Assembly: GCA_030390025.1 (NCBI GenBank) | Contig: CM059433.1 | Location: 13,084,001-13,148,000 of the forward strand | Source: Squalus acanthias | Taxonomy: Eukaryota | Direction of reading: 5' to 3' | Length of the DNA: 64,000 nucleotides | Shown: positions 36,969-50,833 of the stretch, one piece after another | Position numbering within the stretch: position 1 is the stretch's first letter | Layout of the letters: each line of letters starts with the position of its first letter | Program-made: the position numbers and the translations under genes | Notes under the pieces: model-generated | Database searches by the model: none | Told to the model about the DNA's origin: nothing | Seen by the model: the letters and a program-made list of their open reading frames with translations, nothing else

Positions 36969-38602
36969 CAAAGATACATTGATGTGTTCCGAGGGTTCAA
37001 GAAAGGGTGACCAAGATGGTCTTGGGGCTTTAAATTATGAGGCGAGCCTCGCAGAACTGGCTTCCTTTTTAATTACAAAGATTGAGAAAGATTGTGATCA
37101 AGTTTTTACGTGCGGAGAGGAATAGGTAATATAAATACAAGTAGGTTAATTAACATGGACTGAAACTAGTGGACACAAGTCTAAATTAACAATACTCAAA
37201 ACAGGCCTTCATATTTCTATATATAGCAAACTTCCACTAAAAACAGTTGATGCAATGTTGATTTGAAACCTTTTTAAAAAAGAAATTATATCATGGCTGA
37301 ACATCTGCTCAGGAATGGGATTAAGAATTGTCAGTGTAAGAACAGATAAAGCAGCAGCTTATATGTATATCGTGCCTTTATAGTAGAAAAGTATCCCAAG
37401 GCGCTTTACAGAGGAACGAGAGAAAATAAGATGAAACAAATAAATAACTCCTGCTGAGCCCAGGTTGAGGGAGAGGTGACCAGATAAGGTTGTGATAATT
37501 GAATGCTGCAGGAACGGAGTTGATCCTGAGCTGTTCAGACATGTCATGCCATAGAAGTCTAGGCTGTATGATCTAAAATTACATGGGTATCCTGAAGGGA
37601 GATTTTGGAGAATCTTTCTTCAGGAACTTAAATGATTAAATGAATTTAAATTAGGACATTTTGTGCATGAACTATAGAAGGAATTGTTTGATGCCTGAAG
37701 TGGCCTTTTTCATATTCTCTGGTTTCTTGCCTTACTTTGAACAGTTCTATTATCAGCCTGGCTGCATGACGGATTCCGGAGCCCATGTTGCAACTGTATT
37801 TCTATCTCTTGCTGCGAAAAAAGAAAGAAATTAGAACTTTCTGCTGGTCCGTTTTGGTTCTGGTTTGCCCATAAGTAGATGTACTGCGGGTCGAGAAAGT
37901 TTCAGATGATTTGGCGTGTTTAGTTCTCAAAGTACCTCGCATAACAGAAGTAGAGGAGCAGCATTGCTGGTCGGTTTGAGAGTTGTTTAATATGTTACTG
38001 AGCTGATGCTGTGTCCCAATTGTTCAACAGAAATGTAACTCATAGACTGAGTTTAACCTATTCTCAGCGGTCCTGAGATGACTAGACTTTTAAACAGATT
38101 TAAAAAAAATTATTAATAAAATGGCACCAAGCAAGGCTTTTTTTAATGTTTGAAAGGATACGTTAGATTCGTGATTTAACTATGTCATTGCGTTGGCCTC
38201 TGAGCCGATGACTGGGAAATGCACTTGTTGCTTGTGCTGCAGTGATTGTTGGAGCGAGTTCCCATGAGAGTATTTTATTGACCTACTGCAGAGACAGTAA
38301 CTGTGGTATGATTCTATTCAGAGGTTCTTTATTGGATTTGAAGCGAGAAACCATTTCGCAATTCAGCAATTCCCAGATATAATACTGATTAAACCTGAAA
38401 CTGACTGTATAAGTGCACCCACAAAATTGTGAACATTTATTTGACAAGAATGTGCTTTTTTAAAAATGAAAAATAAGCTAGCTCTGTATTTTAATTGAAC
38501 CATTCAGCAGATTTTAGGTATTCGATTCTTTATTACATTTCTACATTTTGTGTTTTAACTGTAAAAAAAAAAAAATTTAAAAAAATATCCTCGTGACTTC
38601 TC

Positions 38603-39022
38603 TGTTTTTATTCATTCACGGGATGTGGGTGTCGCTGACGAGGCCAGCATTTATTTCCCATCCCTAATTGCCCTCGAGAAGGTGGTGGTGAGCTGCCTTA
38701 TACAACTGAGTGGCCTATTAGGACATTTCAGAGGGCAGTTAAGAGTCAACCACATTGCTGTGGGTCTGGAGTCACATATAGGCCAGACCGGGTAAGGACG
38801 GCAGATTTCCTTCCCTAAAGGACATTAGTGAACCAGATGGGTTTTTACGACAATCCAGTAGTTTCATGGTCACTGATACTAGCTTTTCATCCCAGATTTA
38901 TTTAACTGAATTTAAATTCCCCAGCATGCCATGGTGGGATTTGAACTCACGTCTCCAGATCATTAGTCCAGGCTTCTGGATTACTAGTCCAGTAACATAA
39001 CCCCTATGCTACCTTACCCCTC
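38603..39022 (-). mobile_element. tRNA-derived SINE with a 3' tail shared with the 3448/45630 LINE family
   Basis: Head ggtagcataggggtt.. with B box gagttcaaatcc; the last ~90 bp match 46205-46290. Confidence 0.8.
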
Positions 39023-40496
39023 AATGGTGTTGCGAAGTGCCAGTTGATGAATATATGTTTATTTTTAATATACAAGATAACCGAGTTTGGAGAGAGACTT
39101 CAGAAACTCACTCCATTGCACCATCTCCTGGCCAGAGCCCACAACTACATCGTCACAGGCAACTGTTTACATACACGGTTCTCATTCTAAATGTTTACAT
39201 AGGCAGTTTCAAAGTCTGGTATTGACATTAAAGCATGACCAAAAATTGTAACAACAGGAAGTGCCTGCATATACAAGATTTTTAATATTGTACAGATTAA
39301 ATATTACCAACAATTATACTGGCTGTTTTTTCAGTTATTTAACCTTCCCTTTTTAAACAGTCTTAGCTTACAGGTTGTAAAGTTATTCCACATTTTTCAG
39401 CCCCACAGCAATGGTGTTGGCTTACCAACTCTTCTGTAACATTAAATTTGTAAAGACATCTGGCTTCACTTGACTTGTAATTAGTGTACAGTAATAGTAG
39501 TATTCTGTGAAGACTAATATTTTAAAGGTAATTACAGAGAATTTGGAGGTCTATCATGCTGGACATTCCACATGAATTCAGATATCTTGGTGAATAAGTG
39601 AAACTTTGAGATTGCTTAAACAAGCAGCTGGCTTTAATTTAACCCACTCCCATTAGATAGTGACTACCTAATATGTTTTGGCAGCACTCGAACTCTATTT
39701 TGAGTGCAATATTTACATTTAGTCTCGCTGTCACAAGGTCAAAAATGGGTTCTAGCATATCTCTTAATTCCACAAAGCTGGAGTGTAAACTTTGGACCTT
39801 TAGTCATTTTCTCTCTCTTTTTTGTAACCGAGTTTCAAAATGGTTTGATAGGATCCACTGCATGAGAGGTTGAGATGAACGTTACACTTACCTTTCACTC
39901 TCTGTCGTCTGCAGCACTGGTTAGCTTCATTGGTTTGTTGTTAAACTTCTGTTAACTGGAATGAAATGCTTTTAATCATTTTGTTTATAGAGGTACTGCG
40001 GTGACATTGTGCAGAATGAATGCAGACTGTATTCGGGCATTCTTGTGACGTTAGTGAATTCTATCAAAATTTGCAGGGAAACTTTTAAGATCTGAACAAC
40101 TTCTATGTTCTATACACAATGCTTCTTTACCATCTGAAGTGGCTCCCAACACTATTACTTCTTTATTATTTCACCTATACAGGGAGGGGAAAAAAGCTTT
40201 GAAGGGGATGTTCTGCATGTGCTGCTTCAGTGACTTTTGCCAGTGACTTCCGTGTGGGTTCAATCAATTGTCTGCAGCAACTTTGGGAGATTGGCAGATA
40301 CCCCGGAGAAACGACCGAAACAGCCATTTATGCCATTTCTCAACCCTTGCAGAAACTATACTCTGTTTTGCAACTACGTTTAATATACTCCTGAGAGCTG
40401 AAGAAAACCCTGAATATATAATTTTAAATAGATTTTGGTTGTGCACCTATATGCATAATAGCTTTTTATAAATTTTGAATGCACGTTCTTCGGAGC

Positions 40497-41781
40497 TGTT
40501 GTCCCAAATCTGTGCCCATCTTTCCCACAACTCCTCCATGTTTGAACCCCTCCAATCAGGTTTCCGCTCTTGCCACAGCTCTAAAATGTCCCATATCAAA
40601 GTCACAAATGACATCCGATGTGACTGTGGTGAACTATCCCTCTTCATTCTTCTCGACCTGTGTGCAGCCTTTGACATGGTGAAGAAGAACACCACCTTTC
40701 TTCAGTACTTTTCCATTGTCCAGCTGGGTGGGACTGCCCTCACCTGGTTCCATTCCTCTCTATCCAGTCGTAGCCAGAGTGGGCGGCTCTTCCCACTTCC
40801 CTCACCGTTACCTCTAGAATCCCACAAGGCTCTATTATTGGCTCCTTCCTATTTCTCATCTATGTGCCCTTCGGCAACATCATCTGAAAACACGATGTCT
40901 GGTTCTACGCGTACGCTGACGGCACCCAGCTCTACCTTACCGCCACCTTTCTCGACCCCTCCACGGCCTCTGATTTGTCACGCTGCTTGTCCGTATTGGA
41001 TGAGCAGAAATGACCTCCAATCAAATATTGTGACAACCGAAGCCATTGTCTTCGGTCCCTGCCACAAACTCCATTCCCCAGCCACCGACCCCATCCCTCT
41101 CCCTGGCCACTGTCTGAGGCTGAACCAGATGCTTTGCAACCTTGGCATCCTATTTGACCCTGAGCTGAGCTTCTGACCCCATATCCTCTCCACCACCAAG
41201 ACTGTCTACTTCCACCGCCGTAACATCGCCTGTCTCCGCCCCTGCCACAGCTCATCTGCTGCTGAAAAACCCTCATCTATGCCTTTGTTACCTCTAGACT
41301 TGACTATTCCAATGGTCTCCTGGCTGGCCTCCCACCTTGCACCTCAGCAAACTTGAGCTCATCCAAAACTCTGCTGCCCGTCGCCTAACCAAATCCTGTT
41401 CACCCATCACCCCTGTGCTCGATGCCGTACATTGGCTCCCGGTTCGGGAGCGCCTCGATTTTAAAATTCTCATTCTTGTATTCAAATCCCTCCATGGTTT
41501 CGCCCCCCCTCCCTATCTCTAACCTCTTCCAGCCTTGCAACCTTTCGAGATTTCTGCGCTGTTCCAATTCTGGCCTCTTGTGCATCCCCGATTTTCATCG
41601 CTCCACCATTGGCGGCTGTGCTTTCAGCTGCCTAGGCCCTCCCTAAACCTTTCCACCTCTCCACCTCTTTCTCCTCCTTTAAGACGTCTCTTAAAACCTA
41701 CCTCTTTGACTAAGTTTTTGGTCACCTGTCTGCCTTGAGACATTTTACTACTGTTAAAGGTGCTATAAATGCAAGCTGTCG
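40497..41781 (+). mobile_element. Degenerate L2 LINE 3' portion
   Basis: QSGFRSCHS, LLDLCAAFDMV and HWLPVRERLDFKILILVFKSLHG motifs; L2 tail. Confidence 0.88.
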
Positions 41782-42469
41782 TAGCCACCTTAGCAACAGC
41801 CATTGCATCATCTAAGAGAAAGTGATTTAAAATTTCCCACAGCCATCCCTTAATTGAAGGAAAAACCATAAGGAGACTGCCAATCCTTCATTAGCACAAG
41901 GTCAGGAGTATGGCATCCTGCTAATGGAAGCTTGACTTTTCACAGATTTCTGTTGATTTACTCCAATGCTGCTACCCATTTAGCAGCTGAGTAGACTGGA
42001 ATGCACTTAAAGCGAGTTCCTTGCTCAAGATTTTTGACAAATTGGAGATTCAAACCTCTGGATGAAATTCTAACACCCATCCACTGGGTCACAGGAGTGC
42101 CAGAATATCACAGTGCAGTTACATGGAGAGAATCAAATGGGAGCAAGAACATTTTAACCTGGCATTTTAACACTATTGGCCAGGCGTTGTGCATGTGGAT
42201 TGGTAGATATGGCACAAGGAACGGTGGGAATGGCTTCAGGAGAAGAGTTTTGAACCGGATGCAACTAGATTTTATTGGCTAAGCAGTGTACTGATGTATG
42301 ACAGATGCTGCCTCAAAGGCGTTGGAAACACAGTGATTTAGAACCAGATACAGACATTTCACAGCATCCGGAATTTTAAAAAAAGTCATACTGTGGGGAC
42401 AGAAAATCACACTGATACCTACCAGAAGTGAAAATTACAGGCTTATACCATCAATACAAATCACTTGCC

Positions 42470-42940
42470 CAAATTTGCAGATGATGGGAAGGACTGTGGA
42501 ATCAGAGGAGGCCGGTGAGAAATGGCAAAAAGACTTGGATAAGTGGGCGGAACAACAGCAGATGAAAATGAATGTGGATATAAGGGTAAAGTACTGTGTA
42601 TAGGAAGTAATAATAGATGACGCATGTACTCCATGAATGGCATTGAAATAGCCAAGAACGTTGAGAGAGATGTAGGCATCTTCGTTGGCTCGGTGCTCAG
42701 CAAGTCCAACCAATGCAGAGCAACAATCCAGAAAGCCGATACAATGTTGAACTAAGACAGAGGATACAAGCCGGAAGAAGTCGGGACCAAATAGTACAGT
42801 GCGTTGGTCTGACCACAGCTTGAGTATTTGACTAGTTCTGGTCACTGAGGCACGAGAGGCATTTAAGTGCTGGAGATAGTACAGAGAGGAGCCACCGGGG
42901 TTGATCCCTTGTATCCAAGGTCTGAGCTTTGGGCAAAGCT
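42470..42940 (+). mobile_element. Old CR1 RT fragment
   Basis: KFADD..QKDLDKWAEQQQMK and degenerate downstream motifs. Confidence 0.6.
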
Positions 42941-43623
42941 TGCAGGAACATGTTTTAAAAGTCTTGCCTTCAACATCATCTCTCTTTAAACTTCTATATT
43001 AAGGCATTCCTTCCTGCATTCTGATTTGCTACTGCCTTTTTACTAACAATAGCTTTGCTCATCTTTATGTTTACTAAAATATCAGTACTGCTCCTTTCAA
43101 TTCTATTCTGAATTAGTCACGTCACGTTCCTCTTGTCAGGTTTTGATAAACCCCTGATATCCAATGATTCGTCATTACCCGCTTTGGTGGCAGTGATTAA
43201 ACTTTATTCAGCCTAAGCGAGAATTGGTACATCACAGTATCTGAGCAGCAGTTTTCAAGGTATAATTGAGAGTTATATTACCCCGTTTATGCCTTGGGTA
43301 AACATAAAGCCACACAAATGTAATTGGTAATCTTGTTGATCTTTCTGTACATAAAATAACTGACTGCTTTTGATCAGCGTTGAGGAAAAAAGATATCAAT
43401 TGGCTGATTGACCAAACTCCTTGGCATGTCAGCTGTGTGGATCACTGGCAACGATAGGATAGTGGTTAAAATAAGGTTTTCTGTTTTTGTGTAGCATATG
43501 AAGCGTCATCTCAAGATCTCGTTCACCCCAAACCCTGGCAGCAGTGTTCCACTTATTACACATTTAGACAAATTTTTGTTTCAGATTGTGCATTGCAATA
43601 CTGCAATCTCTTCTCTACAGTGG

Positions 43624-43822
43624 ACACCGGCAGTTTTGCCTTGGTTTCATCAATGAGTCATGTTTGATTTGAGAACTCGGGAGTTTATTCCGTATTGTTG
43701 ACGGACTGAGCTCTCCTTTCCAACGTCTTCTCACAGGCCAGCACTGCAACATGGAATACGCTGCTGAGAGCTGTCAACTCAAACATTACTCATTGATGAA
43801 ACTGAAGCAAAACTGCCGGTGT
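43624..43822. repeat. Foldback/MITE-like inverted repeat
   Basis: 55-bp arms (43624-43678 and 43768-43822), 48/55 complementary, with tgg on both outer flanks. Confidence 0.8.
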
Positions 43823-45629
43823 TGGTGACAAATTTCAAATAATTAATAACTAAAGGAGAAGGATTTTTAGTAGTGGTTTAAATTGTCTAGACTGAAACCA
43901 GCTCAGGGCTGCCAGTTTTTCTCTTGGGTTGAGCAATTTGGCTAATGTTGGTCAATGCCTGAATCCTCAAGGATGTACCTTATGGAAAAATGAATAGCTG
44001 TTTGGGTGCAGTTTGCTTTGCTTTGGAGTTTGCTGAAAGATAAGAAACATGGAAGCTAACTAAGCAATATGACATTTCTCTGTTTGCTGTTTTATTGCAG
44101 GCGTTAATCAGTTTATTTTAAATGGATTAATGACTGCCAAAATAGTGGACAGTGAATGCCATTCAAGTGTATTGTGTTTTGCTTACTGGTATACCCACTC
44201 TCTCAATTTCCCCTTGCCCCCCCTCCAGTTTCAGTATTATTTGTCATGGAATGCTGCTGTCTCTGGGGATACTGACGGTAGCCGTGCTGCAAATTAAAGT
44301 GGACATCAGAGGACAGTTTAATTTTCCAAAAATGGTGCCTGATTTCTAAAAAGGCGCAAATTTGCTTTGTGTGTTTTGCACTTGCGAAGTGTTTCGAAAG
44401 ATTAGAAAAGCAGAAGTAATTTCTAGGTTTGCATCTTAACAAAATTTAAAGAAACAAAGTCAGTTCCTTCGTAGTTGGCCAGTTACTGTAATATCTAATG
44501 TCCATGATTGCAGCCCGCAGTCACTAGCTCATGGATTAAGCCAGTGCCCAGTAGTTGCGAGACTGAACTGAACCTCTGTGCGTCTCAATCACTCACGGTG
44601 ATCTGTGAAAGACACTTGGATTTCAGGCATTGGTACAGCCCTTCATGTAGTGCCAAACCTTCTCGGCTGGGTTTAAACTTGGAAACTGAAAAGGCCAAAA
44701 CCGTGCGTTTCAGTAATTGTTTCTTCATAAAAATCTGTCACATGCAATGAAAAGTATTTCAGTTATTGTCGTGCTGGAATGTGTTTGCTTTCTTGACGGC
44801 CTGTTTGCAGATGGAGCTTTAGTTTATAAAATGCTCCTGCTCCTGTTCTTCTGTTTACTAACCATCAGTAAAGTGGTTTCTGAGCACCTGGAACTGACCT
44901 GTCCTCCTCCAAGACAGGAAATTTGTTCTCTGATGTTCTCTTTTAAGCAGATGCTGGTCACCATCACACAGCCATCAGCAGATTTTTTGTTTAATTCATA
45001 TGACGGATTTTGTACATATTTTATGATAAACGCAAGTCTCTGTGGTTTTTGGCAGTCGTGTGTGGCTTCCTGTGAATCATTCAACCATCCAAATGCTTCT
45101 CATGCAGCATGTCTGCCTATCTGGCCAATTTCACCACTTTCCCACAACCTGGGTTACTGACGGATTACTTTTTGTCTTGTTCCCCTCATTAATCATGCAA
45201 TGCACCATTTAATCAGTAGCCTCAAGTCATATTTTGGGATCGCTCGCAGACCTATTGAAAACTGACGTGACCGCCTACTTCTACTATCCGACTGATGTCA
45301 TTTGCAGCACAGCTGGATGCAGTTACATGCTGAAATAGTCCTCGATTAGTTTGCTTTGACATGTGTGCATGGTGACAATGCCCAATTTCTTTTGAATTCA
45401 TGGTGACAGAATACTGAAGCACGAATGCATTTTTGTCAGTGTTTCTGAAAAAAGTATGAACTGTGTAAATTGTTAAGATTTTAAGCCTCAGTTCCCAAAT
45501 GCCTTCCGTAAGGTATAGTCTGTATCATACTGTTTAGACGGAAGCCCTATAAAACATGCACAGTAGTTGCTGGAGGTTTGCTTTTGAATTAAATGTCTGA
45601 CTGGAGTTTTCTGATCACACCCACCACAC

Positions 45630-46305
45630 CCCCACCATCAACATCCTGCGGGTCACCAATGACCAGAAACTTAACTGGACCAGCCACACACATACTGTGG
45701 CAACAAGAGCAGGTCAGAGGCTGCGTATTCTGCGGCAAGTGTCTCACCGCCTGACTCCCCAAAGCCTTTCCACCATCTACAAGGCACAAGTCAGGAGTGT
45801 GATGGAATACTCTCCACTTGCCTGGATGAGTGCAGCTCCAACAACACTCAAGAAGCTCGACACCATCCAGGACAAAGCAGCCCGCTTGATTAGCACCCCA
45901 TCCACCACCTTAAACATTCACTCCCTCCACCACCGGCGTACCGTGGCTGCAGTGTGCACCATCTACAAGATGCTCTGCAGCAACTCGCCAAGGCTTCTTC
46001 GGCAGCACCTCCCAAACCCGCGACCTCTTCCACCTAGAAGGACAAGGGCAGCAGGCGCATGGGAACACCACCACCTCCAAGTCACACACCATCCTGACTT
46101 GGAAGTATATCGGCGATCCTTCATTGTCGCTGGGTTAAAATCCTGGAACTCTCTCCCTAACAGCACTGTGGGAGTACCTTCACCACACGGACTGCAGCAG
46201 TTCAAGAAGGCGGCTCACCACCACCTTCTCAAGGGCAATTAGGGATGGCCAATAAATGCTGGCCTTGCCAGCGACGCCCACATCCCATATAAGAATTTTA
46301 AAAAA
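45630..46305 (+). mobile_element. LINE 3' fragment, same family as 3448-4957
   Basis: MEYSPLAWMSAAPTTLKKLDTIQDKAARL..SLHHRRTVAAVC and matching 3' tail. Confidence 0.88.
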
Positions 46306-46547
46306 CACTGCGTACTTGCGCCAACGCATTTGTATCATGCTGTAAACGTATTTGCACTTTTTTCAAGCTGAGATATGAACACGTGAGGGAGGGGCAAGAC
46401 AAATACAGGAACATTATAAAGTGGTAGAAATTCATATTTTGTGTAAAATTCTTACAAGAAATGTTGCGATTTAAAAAGAAAAGTGGATATTTTCTGATGA
46501 TTCGTTGTGATTCATTCTCTTTTTTGTTCTATTTATGTTTCTATCAG

Positions 46548-46619
46548 GGATTTGCGATTCAATAAAATCAAAGATATCCCATCTGGAGCCTTCAGACGCT
46601 TGAAGCACCTCAATACATT
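46548..46619 (+). CDS. PXDN: Peroxidasin internal coding exon (LRR, probably exon 2)
   Basis: 72 bp, flanked by a polypyrimidine tract ending ctatcAG and by GTaagt; phase 2/2. Translates to [23 protein letters not shown](L), resembling the first LRR of vertebrate peroxidasin. PXDN rather than PXDNL is by recalled similarity only. Confidence 0.9.
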
Positions 46620-48067
46620 GTAAGTACCCTTTTCACGAATTTTCTCGCATCCGTTTTTATTTTTCAGCGAGCTACGTGCTCCACAATGCTTGTGCATTTC
46701 TGTGTCACTTCGGATTGCCTGCCAGCAGCTACAAAATAGATTTATTGGAGAGCGCCTTTTAAAGCGAGCTGGGAAGCCTTGTAATAACCTTAAGTCAAAG
46801 TATAAATATAAGGACACAAAGTAATGTTATTATCTCAGGAAATTTGTGCTGAATTTCTACCAGCCGCAACATGCCTCTGTTGAGCCGTGGGCCTTCTCCC
46901 AGCACTTTTTTTTTTATACATGCGCATCACAAGACTAAATTTTGCTGTTTAATTATGGCAAAATGCACTAGACCACATGGGATGGTCACATTGTTCTCCC
47001 GTCTATGTTGAAAGGCAGTGCCATCCACACCATGAGATTATTGCATTTAGGCTAAAAATAAAAGTCAACTTTATTTACAAATAATAGCAGTACATAAACA
47101 CAGAAAAACGCACCAAGATACTAATCGTACAAATATTTAGAAAACAGTAAGGATTGAATTAGTCCACGAATTTAAAACATCCTTTTCAGAATGCAATTCT
47201 TGCACATTCTGACAACAAGACTCTTGGAGGAAGCCGTTGTCTGTCGAGGTTTGTCCGGTCCACCACACAGCTGTCCATTTAGGCTCAACTAAAACTGAGT
47301 AGCAATGGCAGTGCCTGTCTGTCAAAAGAAAGCCTTTCATGTCACAGGTGTTAATATTGATGAATAAATTGTTTTCATCCTCAAAGGTATCTCCTGATAG
47401 GTCAACTTCCAAGAGGTCTACTCCCCCCCCACCCCCCGCTCCCAGTGTGCAAACTCGCATACCTCAACACTTCAAATACATGCCTAGCCACCAAACAAAC
47501 CTGACCTGATTAGTTTTTGAATGCAGACAGTGGCACGAACAAAGTAAGCCAACAGATTCTCATTGAAAATGGGGATGAATCCCACAGGCTCTCAAGTTCA
47601 TTTCTACCCTTCAGCCAATTTCTTATCCAATCTCAATTTTTTTCCTCCACGGTTTACAGCTTGACCTTTCATGCAGAGCTTCACCATATGCCTTTTGGAA
47701 GTCTAGATACAAATTGTTGGATTTTCTGTAACACACTTGGAATGCCATTTCCCAAACAAGTCAAGAAGGTTGATCGGAGAGGATCTTTTTCCTAAACCCA
47801 GGTTTACTGCATTTTCTAGTTTGCTGTTTTACAGATAATCTGGGCAGTTTGGTATGTATGCCGTACAGCTAACAGTAAAACAAAGGAACTCTGTTAAAAT
47901 ATAACTTTCCAAAGCCAAATTATAATTCACATCCTCTTTAATCATGTTAAAATATTTATTGCAGAAATTTTCCCCTATGACACAGGATGGAAACTTTGAT
48001 TTTTTTCACAGCCTGTTCCTCTGGATATTCATAGATCTGCCTAAGTAGATAGATTAAAAAAAAAAGA

Positions 48068-48170
48068 TTTCCGCCACCTCCAGCATGATGCCAGCACCAA
48101 ACACATCTTCCCCCATCACTCCCCTTTCAGCATTCCGAAGGGCTCGTTCCTCCCGCGGCACCCTGGTCCA
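48068..48170 (+). mobile_element. Small Penelope-like ORF fragment
   Basis: Reads FRHLQHDASTKHIFPIT..SAFRR, resembling the RT to GIY-YIG linker. Confidence 0.45.
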
Positions 48171-48629
48171 ACAATTTGGGTAAAAAATAAGCAGAGTGGG
48201 TCAGGAAGGGACATAAAGCTTAACAAAGGTATATAAGGCATCAGTGACGTAAGGTGACATCAGGGAAAATAGAAAAGAGTTAAATCTAAAGGCACGACAT
48301 CTGAATGCACAAAGCACTTGTAACAAAATAGATGAATTAAAACATAGATAGAAATAAATGGGTTTGATCTAAAAGCCATTACAGAGACGTGGTTGCAGAG
48401 TGACCAAGGTTGAGAACTAAATAACCCAGGATACTTGACTTCTAGAAGAGATAGGCAAAATGGAAAAGGAGGGTAGGGGTAGCCCTGATAATAAAGGATG
48501 GGATAAAGACAGTAGAGAGAAAGGATCTTCGCTTGGAAAATCAAGATGCAGAATCACTTTGGGTGGAGCTAAGAAACAGCAAGGGGCCGAAAACACTGGT
48601 GGGAGTAGTTCATAGGCCCCCTAATAGTA

Positions 48630-50158
48630 CATACCAACATACGAATTAGGAGCAGGAGTAGGCCACTCGGCCCTTCGAGCCTGCTCCGCCATTCAATAAG
48701 ATCATGGCTGATCTGATTACTCCACATTCCCGCCTACCCCCGATAACTTTTCACCCCCTTGCTTACCAAGAATCTATCTATCTCTGCCTTAAAAATATTC
48801 AAAGACTCTGCTTCCAACGCCCTCTGAGGAAGAGAGTTCCAAAGACTCACGACCCTCTGAGAATTTTTTTCCTCATCTCTGTCTTAAATGGGTGACCCCT
48901 TATTTTTAAACAGTGACCCCGAGTTCTAGATTCTCCCACAAGAGGAAACATCCTCTCCACATCCACCCTGTCCAGACCCCTCAGGATCTTGTATGTTTCA
49001 ATCAAGTCACCTCTTCTTCTTCTAAACTCCAGCGGATACAAGCCTAGCCTGTCCAACCTTTCCTCATAAGACAACCCGCCCATTCCAGGTATTAGTCTAG
49101 TAAACCTTCTCTGAACTGCTTCCAACGCATTTACATCCTTCCTTAAATAAGGAGACCAATACTGTACACAGTACTCCAGATGTGGTCTCACCAATGCCCT
49201 GTAGAACTGAAGCATAACCTCCCTACTTTTGTATTCAATTCCCCTCGCAATAAACGATAACATTCTATTAGCTTTCCTAATTACTTGCTGTACCTGCATA
49301 GTAACCTTTTGTGATTCATGCACTAGGACACCCAGATCCCTCTGCATCTCAGAGCTCTGCAATCTCTCACCATTTAGATAATATGCTTTTTTTATTCTTC
49401 CTGCCAAAATGGACAACTTCACATTTTCCCACATTATACTCCATTTGCCAGATCTTTGCCCACTCACTTAACTTACCTATATCCCTTTGTAGCCTCCTTA
49501 TGTCCTCTTCACAATTTACTTTCCTACCTATCTTTGTGTCATCAGCAAATTTAGCAACCATACCTTCGGTCCCTTCATCCAAGTCATTTATATAAATTGT
49601 AAAAAGTTGAGGCCCCAGCACTGATCCCTGTGGCACACCACTTGTTACATCTTGCCAATCAGAAAATGACCCATTTATGCCTACTCTCTGTTTCCTGTTA
49701 GCTAGCCAATCTTCTATCCATGCCAATATGTTACCCCCTACACCATGAGCTTTTATTTTTCACAATAACCTTTGATGTGGCACCTTATCAAATGCCTTCT
49801 GGAAATCTAAGTACAGTACATCCACCGGTTCCCCTTTATCCACAGCACATGTTACTTCCTCAAAGAACTCCAATAAATTGGTTAAACATGATTTCCCTTT
49901 CACAAAACCATGCTGATTCTGCCTGATTACTTTGAACTTTTCTAAATGCCCTGCTATAACGTCTTTAATAATCGCTTCTAACATCTTCCCTGACAGATGT
50001 AAAGCTAACTGGCCTGTAGTTTCCTGCTTTCTGTCTCCCTCCCTTTTTGAATAAAGGAGTCACATTCGCTATTTTCCAATCTAATGGAACCTTCCCCGAA
50101 TCTAGGGAATTTTGAAAATTAAAACCAACGCATCAACTATCTCACTAGCCATTTCTTT
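48630..50158 (-). mobile_element. CR1/HER1 3' fragment nested in the + strand CR1
   Basis: QHGFVKGKSCLTNLLEFF, DFQKAFDKVPH, KFADDTK; probable TSD tagta at 48625-48629 and 50159-50163. Confidence 0.9.
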
Positions 50159-50364
50159 TAGTAGTAGCAGTGTTGGGCACTGTATAAATCAGGAAATGAG
50201 AGGTGCATTTAACAAGGGCAATACAGTAATCGTGCGTGACTTTAATCTTCATATAGACTGGGCAAACCAAATTTGCAGTAATAGTGTGGAGGACGAGTTC
50301 ATGAAATACATTAAAGATAGTTTTCTAGATCAGTATGTTGAGGAACCAACTCGGGAACATGCTA

Positions 50365-50833
50365 CACAAAAGCAAAATACTGCGGATGCTGGAAATCTGA
50401 AATAAAAACAGAAAATGCTGGAAATACTCAGCAGGTCAGGCAGCATCTGTGGAGAGAGAAACAGAGCTAACGTTTCAGGTCGATGACCCTTCGTCAGAAC
50501 TGGAAAAAGCTGGAGATGGAACAGGTTTTTAAGCAAGGAAAGGGAGGAGGGGAGGAAAGAACAAAAGGGGAGGTCTGTGATAGGCTGGAAGGCAGGAGAG
50601 ATTAAGAGATGGTGCAAGGCAAAAGGAGATGGTAATGGGACAAGTTAAGAAACAAAAGATGGCTCTCGATGAAGGGTAAATGGCACTGGCACGTGGGAGA
50701 GAGAAAAATAAATAAATAAAAGGGGGGGGGGGTGGGGGGGAGAAAGAGGGGCAGAGGTTATGGTCTGAAATTGTTGAACTCTGTTGAGTCCAGAAGGCTG
50801 TAAAGTGCCTAATCGATAGATGAGGAAAGATGA
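50365..50833 (-). mobile_element. Penelope-like family 2 3' fragment nested in CR1
   Basis: End of a GIY-YIG-like ORF (FIFPHLSIRHFTAFWTQQ) plus terminus; TSD aacatgc(t/c)a at 50356-50364 and 50834-50842. Confidence 0.85.
50465..50501 (-). ncRNA. Minimal type I hammerhead ribozyme motif
   Basis: agtt-CTGACGA-a-gggtc atc gacct-GAAA-cgtt-agct (G-U pair in stem I). Confidence 0.72.

Noticed and set aside
44717..45160. 147-aa ORF with a hydrophobic segment as PXDN exon 1
   Set aside because: Lacks the CPSRCLC-type LRRNT motif expected before the first LRR exon.
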